Source: Felis catus (taxonomy: Eukaryota). Taken from it: DNA of 64,000 bases. Where the stretch lies: the NCBI RefSeq assembly GCF_018350175.1, contig NC_058368.1:150414001-150478000 (forward strand), read 5' to 3'. Below, in pieces: positions 53,063 through 64,000 of the stretch. How positions within the stretch are numbered: the stretch's first letter is position 1; each line of letters opens with the position of its first letter. The notes under the pieces were generated by a model, which was not told where the DNA came from, ran no database searches, and was given only the letters and a program-made list of their open reading frames with translations. The position numbers and the translations under genes were made by a program.

Positions 53063-53604
53063 AAATACAAGAACACTAATTGGAAAGATATATGCACCTC
53101 TATGTTCATTGCAGCATTATTTACAATAGCCAAATTATGGAAGCAGCATAAATGTTCACTGAATGATGAATGAATAAAGAAGATTTGGAATACATATACA
53201 ATGAATATTATCTAGCCATAAAAAGGAATGAAATCTTGCCAATTGCAACAACATGAATGGAACTAGAGAGTATAATGCTAAGCAAAATAAGTCAGCCAGA
53301 GAAAGACAAATACCATATGATTTCACTCCTATGTGGAATTTAAGAAAAAAACAAATGAACAAAGGACAGAAAAAGGAGACAAACCAAAATCAGACTCAAC
53401 TTCAGAGAACAAGCTGATGGTTACAGGACAGAAGGTGGATCAGGGGGATGAGTGAAATAGGTGATGGGGATTAAAGAGTACACTCATTTTGATGAGAACT
53501 AAGCAATTCATACAATTTTTGAATCACTATATCATATATGTGAAACTAATATAACATTATATGTTAACTATACTGGAATTAAAATAAAATTAATTAACTA
53601 ATAA

Positions 53605-54705
53605 ACAGTGAACCAGAGGCCCAAAGACTCATCATGGCCCTCTATTAGAATAGAGATGTACAGGAGCCAGGTATTAAGTACAGTCCTGGCCCAAGTCTGG
53701 CTTACAGCAGGTCCATTAAGTCCATGGTGGTCATTGCCTTGGTCTCCAGATCAATAATCGAAATGGACATACTGGGTAGTCTGTAACTTCTACAACTGGT
53801 CCTTAACATATAAGGTAAAAGCTGTCACAGTAGAGAAAGCCTGATATAAACCTCTGCAATTTCCCTTTCACAACTAAAAGTATTTCATCTTGGTGCCGGT
53901 GGCAAAGGTTAATACTGCCTGTATAGCCCTAAAGAAAGCAGAGGTAGTGGTCACCATAATATCCTATTTAAATTCATCATAGCCCTAATGAACTCTACGA
54001 AGCCAGATGGATCCTGGATGTGACATTTGATAACCACAAACTTAATCAATTACAACTATGTGCCAGATGTGGTATATTTACTACAGCAGATTAATATAGC
54101 CTCAGGTATAAGCTATATAGCCGTTTATCTGACAAATGTGATCTTTCCCACTCCTATCAGGAAAGAGGATCAGAAGCAGTTCATATTCACATGAGATAGA
54201 CAATCAGACGCATTTAGTCTCACCCTAAAGCTATGTTGACTCTGCACCCTCTGTCATAATATAGTCCAAATGAAATCACCTGGATCATCTAGACATTACA
54301 CCCAAACATCACAAAGGCCCATTATACTGATGAGATCATGTTAATCAGACCAGACGAGCAAGAACTGACAAGTCTGCAGGAAGTCTTGTACATGTGCTTC
54401 AGAGAGTGCAGGAAAAACCTTACAAACAGTGAAGTTTCAAGGGGTCAAGCGATCCGGGATATCAGAGCATCCCTTCAAAAGTAAAACACAAATTATTATA
54501 TCTCAGAATTCCTGTCACTAAGAATGACACCTGGTATGCCTCTTCAGGTTCTGCAAATAGCATATGCCATACTCTGACAACTTTACTAAATAACATGAAA
54601 GGCAGCTGGCTTTGACTGTGGGGGTGGGGACAACAGGAAAGAACTCCACAGCATGGCATCAGGCTGCAGGCAAGCAGCTCTGCCTCTTAGTCTTGTGACC
54701 TGGTA
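53605..54705 (+). mobile_element. ERV-L class protease/RT remnant
   Basis: Fragments translate as VLAQVWLTAGP, DGSW, VPDVV, QKQF, ALCHNIV-like and HYTDEIMLI (54320-54346; YxDD position). Confidence 0.8.
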
Positions 54706-55944
54706 GGGATTTTCTCAAGATTTGGAGCAATTCTAAAAATGAATATGATTTTGTAATAATTCAATGTAGGTAAGTCAGACAGCAGTGGTTGCTTAGAACC
54801 TGCCATCCTTTGTGTTTAAAGTGTGGCTATGGGAAAGAAAGACCCCATTTTCCATGTTAGGACTGATGTGATTACCAGCCCCCATCTACATGAGGACAAT
54901 GTCTAGGGAATGGATACAAATAGTCATAAGTGAAGGGATTTCTCATAGGCTTTCAGCAGCCAAAATAATCACTTGAAAAATGAAGGCTTTGATTAACTAC
55001 ATAGTTATTTCCTCTACATAAGACAGTAGTCTTCAACTATTAGACCTCATAAGGACCTTCAAGGTCATCTAGTCCAATGCTTTAATTTTACAAATGAAGA
55101 AACTGAGGCAAAAAAAAAAAAAGGTTAAGGAATTTTCCTAATATATTTTCAATTTGAATTTTACCCAAAGCCTAATTTACATCCAATTATATTCCCATAA
55201 AACTAAGTCTAATCAATTCCATATTTAACAATTAAAAACCAAAATCAATCAAATCTAAAATGCAATCATGTAAAAGAGATTCATATATTAAATCATAAAA
55301 AATAGAACAGGTGATTAAACAAGGATTCATTTGCCCAGTCATCTCCTTATCTGGAAACATAGTTCACTTGTCACGTGGTCTTAAATCTTTATTTCTTCTA
55401 ACAAAATCCTTTACACAAACTCATGACACAAAGTTGCTAAAATTTATGTCCCCATTTCCCCTGATTAATTTATAGACTGAACATTATCACTTTTAATCAT
55501 TTTATGAGACTGATACTTTTATGGCCAGAAAAGGCCTCAAGGTTATCTTTTGTGTTATAGGATTTGGTCTCTAAGCTCTACAAATCCAAACTTGATGGTC
55601 TGATGAGCCAGAGGAAAAAAATAACTTACTCCTCCCAAACGTATATAAGGCTAATGGCTGCCATAAAAGTCAGAAATCATTCAAGCAAGGGTTTCTGTTG
55701 ATCAAATCCTACAGACTCTTTTTAATACTAATTTCTCTTGGTCTCTTTCCTTAAATCTGGGTGCTCCCATTCCTTAGCTTAATTAATCACTCTTTCAATT
55801 CCGTTTCTACCACCCTGGCCATTTCTTCTCAGCCTCTTTTCCATCACCTCTACTCAGTCCTTAAACACTAGAATGCCTCATGATTCTATCCTTGCCTTCT
55901 TCCCTTCTTTATACTCTATAACAGAGATTCTTCACAAAAGCGGG

Positions 55945-56165
55945 TGTGAATTTAAATAGGAAAAATTAAATATTTATTTCCACTAACTTCTAACTCAAAT
56001 TCAGTATTCTCCTCAATTAAGAAGATATGCAATAAACTATGGTAATATTATAGTAACTATGACTCTGTAACCATTGCTTAAAAACCAGATTTTTTTTTAT
56101 ATCACATTGAAATTGTCTTAGAGATCTTAAAGTAGCATTTATACTCATCACTTACTTCAAACATA
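55945..56165. mobile_element. Probable hAT-type DNA transposon fossil
   Basis: tatttatttccactaacttctaactcaaattcagtatt...tatcacattg...aaagtagcatttatactcatcac resembles an ancient hAT MER; family uncertain. Confidence 0.45.
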
Positions 56166-56585
56166 CTAAAGGAGAAACCATCACATAAAACCTAACACAA
56201 GAAAGTACAAGAAGAAAGAAGGAATAAAGTTTCATGGAGGCAGAGGGGGAAAAATATGTGATTCTCATTAGAAGAAATGGGGAGTGTTTTATAACTCTTA
56301 TAAAAGTATTGTAACTTTAAACAATTCCTGTTTCAACCACTGGTATTTATATTTCATTATTTAACTTTTATTATTTATCACATGTTATGGCATACTCTTT
56401 TACTTAATCTGTAATTTGTCATTAGAGACATACTGTACTAAGTGTATCAAAAAACATAGAGACTAAAAGCCTTTATAAATCTGATCGCATCCTCACATAT
56501 AACATCGAACGACATGTTTTTTAAATTTCTATTTTACTATGTAAAATTAACTTCCAACTAGTGAAATTCATTATAGTGAAATTCC

Positions 56586-56696
56586 AGATAGATGATACAG
56601 ATATATAGATAAATAGATACAGATATAGATGATATAGATATAGATATAGATATAGATATAGATATAGATATAGATATAGATATAGACAGATAGATA
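56586..56696 (+). repeat. (TAGATA)n/(GATA)n microsatellite
   Basis: Directly visible. Confidence 0.95.
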
Positions 56697-59600
56697 CAAC
56701 AGTTTTGGAATAAGATAGTAGTTGGAAATGTTGCATTCTTGTATTGCTAAGAAATGAATAGCATTTTATCTATTTTTCAAAATTTCCTGTGTACATCGCT
56801 ACTGCTAACCATTCAGTTTATCTAATTATATGAGAATGGTATCTTGGAAGACAATGGTTTAATTCACCATGAATTCACAAATAGCATTGACTCAATAGAC
56901 CTCCACATTAGACCTTTCCTCTCATTTTCTCATGACAGAATCTCTAGTTCATGAATACAGTCTAGGCTACAATCAGAAGTAAGTTCAAGGACAACAGTGA
57001 GTTTTCTGGGTTAATACACCCGATTTGTGAAGTCATTTTTGCCTCAGTTCTCACCCTAAGTCTTCTGAAAGACAGCATGTCTGAGCAACATTTAAAACAC
57101 TGGCGATTTGTTCTCAAGTCAAATTTCTCTATTTATGTACGCTTTTTTGTCATTTAGGTTTTGTAATGTTTGTCCTGCACAATTATTTCTCTTCTGAATC
57201 TACCCACCTCCCTGCAGGCCTGAGAGGACTACCAAACAGAGGTTGTGAATGCACCTCAAGATCCACTTTCTGACCTCCACTCTACACTGTACATGACTGT
57301 TTAATTTCCTATTTAACACAAATTAATCGTTGCATGCTCTAATGAGGCTGCAAAGGATCCCGCTCCAGTCCACAAGCTTGGAAGAGGTTACCCAGAGGTT
57401 GCCCAGATTGATGGTTCCAGGGTGGATGACCTGAAAATGAACTTTGACTAAACTTTGCTCTTTGTGCACTTGGCAGTCTGTACTTGGAAAGTGGCAATTG
57501 TCTGCAGCAGACATTTAAAACTCAGCCTAAGATTTTGTTTGGAGGTTAGCCTTTGGAGAAAGGAGCAGAGGGAAAAAAACTCTTTGTCAATCTTTTCAAT
57601 ACTAGTTTTATGAATCATTTTATAAGTGTTTTATTCTTCTTTAAAACATCCACGTTACTTTGCACGGTAGAAAGTATTAGCCTAACTGAAAATGTCTTTT
57701 TTTCTTTTCCAGTTCCTCTCTTCCATGCACTATACAAGTTAGAATTGTTTTTTTTAACTAAACCCAATGTATTATATTACAACTTCTACAATGCCCTCCA
57801 CTTAAGAATTGAGATAATTTGCATACAAATATTACTTGGTTCCCGCAACCTGTAGGCCATGTATTAAACATATTGTACTGATTAGATAAAAACTTATCTC
57901 TGGTTTATGTTGTCATTGAAGACAACTGTGTTGAAATCATTCAATTTCAACTCTGTAATACAAGACTACAATATGTCCAGGACATTCCTCTTAAACTAAT
58001 TGTTCACCAAAATGACTATTAGAGAACTTTTTCTATTAATGTGCCAGTACAAAGCAGCAGGACACTCTGAGATAAATTATCTGTGTATAACCTGCCCTAC
58101 CAGCTGGACTGGACTATATAAAAACAGTTTTGAGTAACATACAACTACCGTCCACTTACAGATACATAAATAAAAATAATAGCGCTATTTTATGTAATAT
58201 CCTCCACTCTGTTTCCTCATAAACAATTGATAAATATCACAATATTCTCATTAAGAAGCATGAATAGGAAGAGGCATCTCCCTATTAAAGAAGGGAAAAC
58301 TGACCTGGGAAACTGTTTAGATTACAGAATAATAGATTTGAAATAAGCAGTCAACATTTCTTACTTTCTGATACTTTTCATTTCTCCTCATTTTCTCATC
58401 TATTTTCTCTTGATGTAACCTAGGCAATGCCAGGTGCTGGCCAACCACCTCCCTTAGTCTCAGGTTAGTTTTAAGTCAAGAAAAAAAAAAAAAGGAAGAG
58501 CCTTAATGTACGACTCTTTAGGTAGGCAGTAAAGGAGCTTGCATGTGTCTTTTCCCTAGGCCAAAATCGCTATAAAAGTATATAAAGAGCATGTTAAAAG
58601 GTCACCATACACTTGGAACCCGACTGATGGAAACATCAAAGACTCTCAGTCTCCCCCTAAAAGCCTATGTCATCTCCCAATCTCTGTCATGGACTGGAGA
58701 AACCAGATTATTTCATCTTCTTAGGGGTATTCTTCAGGTCTTAGTTGAATTAGGAATTTTTTTGTGTGTGGTGGGGTGGGGGGTCCTTTAGAATACACCA
58801 GAGTCCTCACTGGACTCCAAAGCAGATAACCATGACATTTTTAAAATATTGTCCTTTCTAGTGCTACTGTGCACTCCTAAAGCCAGGCTGCTTAGCCTAG
58901 AGACAAAGTGACTGGAAGTTGCCAAACCAATTCTCCTGAAGCTTCCCTAAGGTTTTCTGACTGGAGTTCTCTAGTATCAACCTGTACCCCTGACGTCCAC
59001 AGAATTGGGCAGGGGTCAAGGAAGGCATCTTTCTGGACTCTAGCCAATCAGCACATTATCGTCAGCGAGACTGGCCCATAGAACAAAATGGTGTCCTGTG
59101 GCTTTTAGTGTCTCTTGAAATTATAATACCCTTGAGTAGATAGGATTTAGGAAAGAGTGCTGATAGAAACTCCTATCAATAATCTGCCCTCTCTGCTCTT
59201 TACTTTCCTTCACTTGTCCATTGAAATTCCAGGATCAGGATTGGAAAGAGAACTTATGGACAGACATAAAATAAAAGTCTTAGCAACAGAACTCCAGTGG
59301 CAGTTTCTACTATAACCCATACACCTGAAAAATCAATTGGCCAGATAATCCATGATATATTGGACCAAACTCCTTTATAAGAACAGAACTTTACTGTTAT
59401 ATCTCAAGCTAAAGGCAAAAGCTGGAGTGAAGAAAGCTGAAACAGATCCTCTGATGAGCAAAGATACTCTGAGTTAATGTCAGAAATGAAGGGGGCAAAA
59501 TGAACTGGGAAAAAAATAATAACCTTTTGACGTGGAGAGGGATAATACCTGCTAAATAGAATGTCTTTCACAATTTAACATGAGACATCACCAGCTCTTT

Positions 59601-60057
59601 TGGGGTCATTTCAAATCACACCAGGTGGTACTAACTTGGCTCAGCGGCTAGAAATTGAGACACAGCTATGATCAGGTACTTATCACAGTTTAGGAAGCTG
59701 AAGAAAATGGTAGTGTGATGACCTGATCACCGTGCTTCCATTCCTCACAGCTTTCACTCTTTTACCTTCCTCTGCAGGGCAATTTGATGTTAGTGATGTT
59801 GTTGGTATGAACTTTTTTTTTTTTTTAAGTCACTGACTCTTTTTGTCGAAACTCCACTGCTCCCATAAGACAATGTTGTAGACTTCGTGGAAAAGAATGA
59901 TTGACAGAGCGCATTTTGAGAGTGATTTTGAGAGTGCCTTCCAAACCAAATTTCATGTCAAGACTTCCAGCCATCTGAATTCCCAAATTATTCCACAGAG
60001 AGAGCTCTAGGTGTTCTGCAATCTTTTCCATTGGCCACACAGCTACTCCTTTCCTTT

Positions 60058-60936
60058 CCTTTTATTTACTTTTTTTTTTTTTTTAATTTCTGGGTACTTC
60101 TACTGTATTTTATTTTTTTAATATAATTAATTGTCAAGTTGGCTAACATACAGTGTATACAATGTACTCTTGATTTTGGGGGTAGATTCCCATGATTCAT
60201 CACTTATATAGAACACCCAGTGCTCATCCCAACAAGTGCCTTCCTCAACGCCCATCACCCATTTCCCCTCTCCCCTTGTCCCACATCAACCCTCAGTTTG
60301 TTCCCAGTATTTAAGAGTTTCTTATGGATTGCCTCCTTCCCTCTCTGTAACTTCCCCCCTTCCCCTCCCCCATGGTCTTCTGTTAAGCTTCTCAACTTCC
60401 ACATACGAGTGAAAACATAGGATATCTGCCTTTCTCTGATTGACATATTTCACTTAGCATAATACCCTCCAGTTCCATCCACATTATTGCAAATGGCAGA
60501 ATTTCATTCTTTCTCATTGCTAGGTAGTATTCCATTAATTTCCTACTCAACATATCTCTACAGACAAGGGAATTAAAAGCAGAAATGAGCTATCAAGATA
60601 AAAATCGTCTGCACTGCAATAGAAATAATCAACAAACTAAAAGTCAAGCGACAGAATGAGAAAAGATATTTGCAAATGATATATTGGATAAAGGGTTAGT
60701 TTCCAAAATCTGTAAAGAACTTACCAAACTCAACACCTGAAAACCAAATAATCCAGTGAAGAAATGGGCAGAAGACATGAATAGACATGTTTCCAAAGAA
60801 GACATCCAGATGGCCAACACACATGAAAAGATGCTCAACATTATTCATCATCAGGGAAATACAAATCAAAACCACATTGAGATACCACCTCACACCAGTC
60901 AGAGTGGCTAAAATGAACAACTTAAGAAACAACAGA
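60058..60936 (-). mobile_element. 5'-inverted (twin-primed) truncated L1 insertion
   Basis: Minus-strand 3' end at about 60108-60538 is fused to a plus-strand ORF2 segment at about 60539-60936; TSD tactcctttccttt at 60044-60057 and 60937-60950. Confidence 0.92.
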
Positions 60937-61453
60937 TACTCCTTTCCTTTTAAAAAAAAGTTTAGGGAGGAGAGCCATTAATAAGTCTAAGACCTCAAGT
61001 GCAACCAAAAAATACAGGTAAAAAAAATCTAATTCCATTTCCTTCTGTTATCAGTGTCCCTGAAACAGGTCATGAGTAAATGAAAATGTAGCCTAGCTTG
61101 AGGTTAATTCCTTCATCACAAATAATTATGGTGAATTGGCTCTGTACTGTCAACATTTACTCTATTTTCAATTGATTTGCTGCTAAAATAGGAAAAAGTC
61201 TGAAAAACTAAGGCCATACAACCATTACAGGAAGGAGAATTATTTACTTTACAAAGTATATTTTTAATTTTTAAACCCAGTAACTGGTTTTGAGTTCAAT
61301 GATTGACATGCTGGAAAAATTTGTAAGATGAGAAGATTTGTTTTCTTAAAACATTATTAGTCTACTAATCATCAAGCAATCTACACATATACAAAAACAT
61401 ATTGTTTCACTTTGTGTGTTTGTACCTATTCACTTAAAAATGACCATAATTAA

Positions 61454-61559
61454 GGAGCATCTGACTGGCTCAATTGGTGGAGCATGTGACTCTTGATCTC
61501 AGGTTTGTGAGTTAGAGCCACACACCCGGTGTAGAGATTACTTAAAAATAAAATCTTTA
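61454..61559 (+). mobile_element. Short tRNA-like Can-SINE
   Basis: ctggctcaattggtggagcatgtgactcttgatctcagg...gtagagattacttaaaaataaaatcttt; outer TSD aaaaatgaccata(a/t)ttaa. Confidence 0.88.
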
Positions 61560-61784
61560 GGGGCGCCTGGGTGGCTCAGTCAGTTAAGCGTCCGACTTCA
61601 GCCAGGTCACGATCTCGCGGTCCGTGAGTTCGAGCCCCGCATCGGGCTCTGGGCTGATGGCTCAGAGCCTGGAGCCTGCTTCCGATTCTGTGTCTCCCTC
61701 TCTCTCTGACCCTCCCCCGTTCATGCTCTGTCTCTCTCTGTCTCAAAAATAAATAAACGTTAAAAAAAATTAAAAAAATAAAAT
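61560..61784 (+). mobile_element. Young felid Can-SINE inserted in the tail of an older SINE
   Basis: CpG-rich near-consensus body; TSD aaaataaaatcttta. Confidence 0.96.
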
Positions 61785-61968
61785 AAAATAAAATCTTTAA
61801 AAAATGACCATATTTAAAATTAAATACTAACTTGAAAATTTTCATTAACACATATTTTTAATAGAAAATATCTAAGACCTCAGACTCCTCACCAGAGAAA
61901 ACTTTTATTTTGAGGGTACTATTATGATTTTTAAGAATCTATGAATCTCTGTATTACCATTATATTCA

Positions 61969-62159
61969 TTTTTTTTTATTAAATGTTTATTTTTGAGAAA
62001 GAGAGGGAGAGGGAGGGGCAGAAAGAGGGGGACAGAGGACTTGAAGCAGGCTCTGTGCTGATAGCTCAGAGCCCAATGCAGGGCTCGAACTCACTGACCA
62101 CGAGATCACAGCCTAAGCCAAAGTCAGAGGCTTAACCAACTGAGCCACCCAGGTGTCCC
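61969..62159 (-). mobile_element. Can-SINE
   Basis: TSD tatattcattttt. Confidence 0.93.
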
Positions 62160-64000
62160 TATATTCATTTTTCTGTTATCTTTTTTATACTGAGTTAGGT
62201 TTTCCTTTGCTCTCCCTCTTTAGGGAAGGCAGCTTTCCTTTATATTATTTTGAACAGTGGTGAGGCATGAAGCAAACACAAGACAACCAGATACTAGCTA
62301 TTCATCAGGGTTAGGTAAAAGAACTGTTCAACCGAAATTAATAAGAAGGGATGTAACAAACCCACCTTCCTACAACTCATTTGAAAGTCAGATAATATCA
62401 ATTAGCATTTATCAAATAGAAATGAGCGAGTGAGGGTGACAATATCTTACCTACCTCTCAAGAACATGTGATGATGAATGACTCACTCACCAAATATTTT
62501 AAGTCAGTGTTTCCTGAGCACTCACAGACTATGTCTAAGCAACTCCAATTATCCAGATAAAACAGAAAAACTCAGTTTTGAAGCCACAGTTAGGTGGACA
62601 TAAGCCTATGCCCATGCTGAATACTTCAACACATTAGAGTCCTAACCTTCTATCTGCCAATGTCCTAGGAGATAAGCATTAAATAAAGTTGACCTGGATT
62701 CTATTTATTGCAGTCCAGTACAAAAATCATTTTCTAAGAAAATATATAATTCTTTTCTATGGAGTCCTAGGACTACGTGAAGTTAATTCTTGCTGACCTC
62801 TGCAAGGTGGGAACCATTAAACCTATCATAAAAATAGAAAATGAAAGTAAAGAGAGACCTTAGGATGATTTGCCCAGGTGAAGAAACTGAGAATACAAAC
62901 CTGCTTGCCAGACCCTTAAGACAAGACTGCATCCACTATGCCAGACTGTCTTTTATACCAAACTACTCACAGGAATCCTCTGCATGTATGTGAGATTCAT
63001 CACTGTTACTACTTATCCAGATTAACGTAGGTCTACTTGATAGAATCTCCCCAACATGTGAAACATTCAGATGCAACCTTATAGTGTTTCAATTTTGGAA
63101 AACAGAGACTCCTCCATGCTGCAGGGTGCTTACTAGTAAGTCAGGCTTCCTATAGCAAAGGCAAAAGAATCTTTGACCTTGAAATTCCTGGCATGTTTAG
63201 GTTTAAACTCACTAAGAAAGTTCAGGCTGCTTAGATTTTATTTGAAACCTGAATGCCCAAACAGGCCAGTATTATAAGCTTGGAATGAAGTGTTGAAAGC
63301 CAATTTGGCTGGTAAGGTATAATTAACTTCGGTTATAACTGTAAAATCAAATACATTGGATTTCCTAGCCTTCCAGTAAAATGGATTATAAATGCCAAAA
63401 AAGATAATTGTCTACATTAAATGGTTGTAAACGTGGAATTTTTTTGAGAAAACTGTTCAGCTTAGCTACGTTTTCTTCCCCCTTTTGTTCATTCATTAAA
63501 TGCACAGATAGATGTGGGGCACATGCTGCCATACACTGGGGCTAAGTGCATGGTGACTGAGCACCGGGCTAAGGTTGAAGACCCACAGGGCGCAGGCAGA
63601 CTTAGTCCCTGCCAGCAGGTACTTACCGTTTGGGAAAGAGGAACCACAAAGTGCATTCAAGCATCTCATGATACACAGGAACATAGAGTGCTATCAATGG
63701 GATTCACCCTGGAAGCCCCTACTCCATCAGGGAGAGCCAGACAACAACCATGGAAGACATCCCAGGGACAAAGACCTGGGCATGGATTAGGGAAACATTG
63801 AGAAAATTGATTTGATTTTTAAACGTAATACGAGGCCACTTTTAGCCTCATATTGTGATGGTTGTGAGGGCACTGGGGAGTAGAGAAGTTAAAGAAAAAC
63901 TCTGAGACTTCATTGCCATGGCCTTCAAATGCCTTCTTTTTGAAAATAAATGAATTTAGTAAAAATGTAACGAATTTAATTTTATATCATATGTAAATCT

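Larger units (their letters stand above)
50470..53604 (+). mobile_element. 5'-truncated carnivore L1 (about 3.1 kb) inserted in the ERV protease
   Basis: ORF2 RT/C-terminal fragments (EKLRAF, EEVKLSLFA), 3' UTR, A-tail. Confidence 0.94.

Noticed and set aside
55590..55630. Hammerhead ribozyme core ctgatgag...gaaa (also near 9107 and 59451)
   Set aside because: The flanking stems needed for the fold are not present.
63514..63801. 95-aa ORF and a minus-strand GTAAGT donor near 63622
   Set aside because: It overlaps an L2-like remnant, has no convincing acceptor, and matches no protein I recognise.
1..64000. CRISPR array or prokaryotic defence system
   Set aside because: No regularly spaced repeat-spacer structure and no operon-like ORFs. 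The sequence is mammalian.

Overview
This is repeat-rich mammalian genomic DNA from a carnivore, most likely a felid, judging by cat-type tRNA-derived Can-SINEs (gggctctgggctgatggctcagagcctggagcctg) and carnivore LINE-1 3' UTRs. I found no protein-coding exon, functional RNA gene or prokaryote-type system that I can support. The longer track ORFs are frameshifted LINE-1 pieces, SINE read-throughs or microsatellite artefacts. The window holds two near full-length but dead L1s (16365-22685 and 41288-47190), several truncated or nested L1s, an LTR16/ERV-L provirus remnant split by an L1, MaLR solo LTRs, hAT DNA-transposon fossils, 27 Can-SINEs and microsatellites. The most interesting signals record retrotransposition mechanisms: a tailless 5S rRNA retrocopy with TSDs; a twin-primed inverted L1 with an apparent short 3' transduction; an L1 with a very short, possibly spliced 5' UTR; an L1 missing the middle of ORF1 and carrying a near-consensus CTCF motif; nested insertions that give a relative chronology; and an unexplained 69-bp dispersed duplication. 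I do not see a clearly novel biological system. Repeat family names come from recognition by eye and need RepeatMasker/Dfam confirmation.
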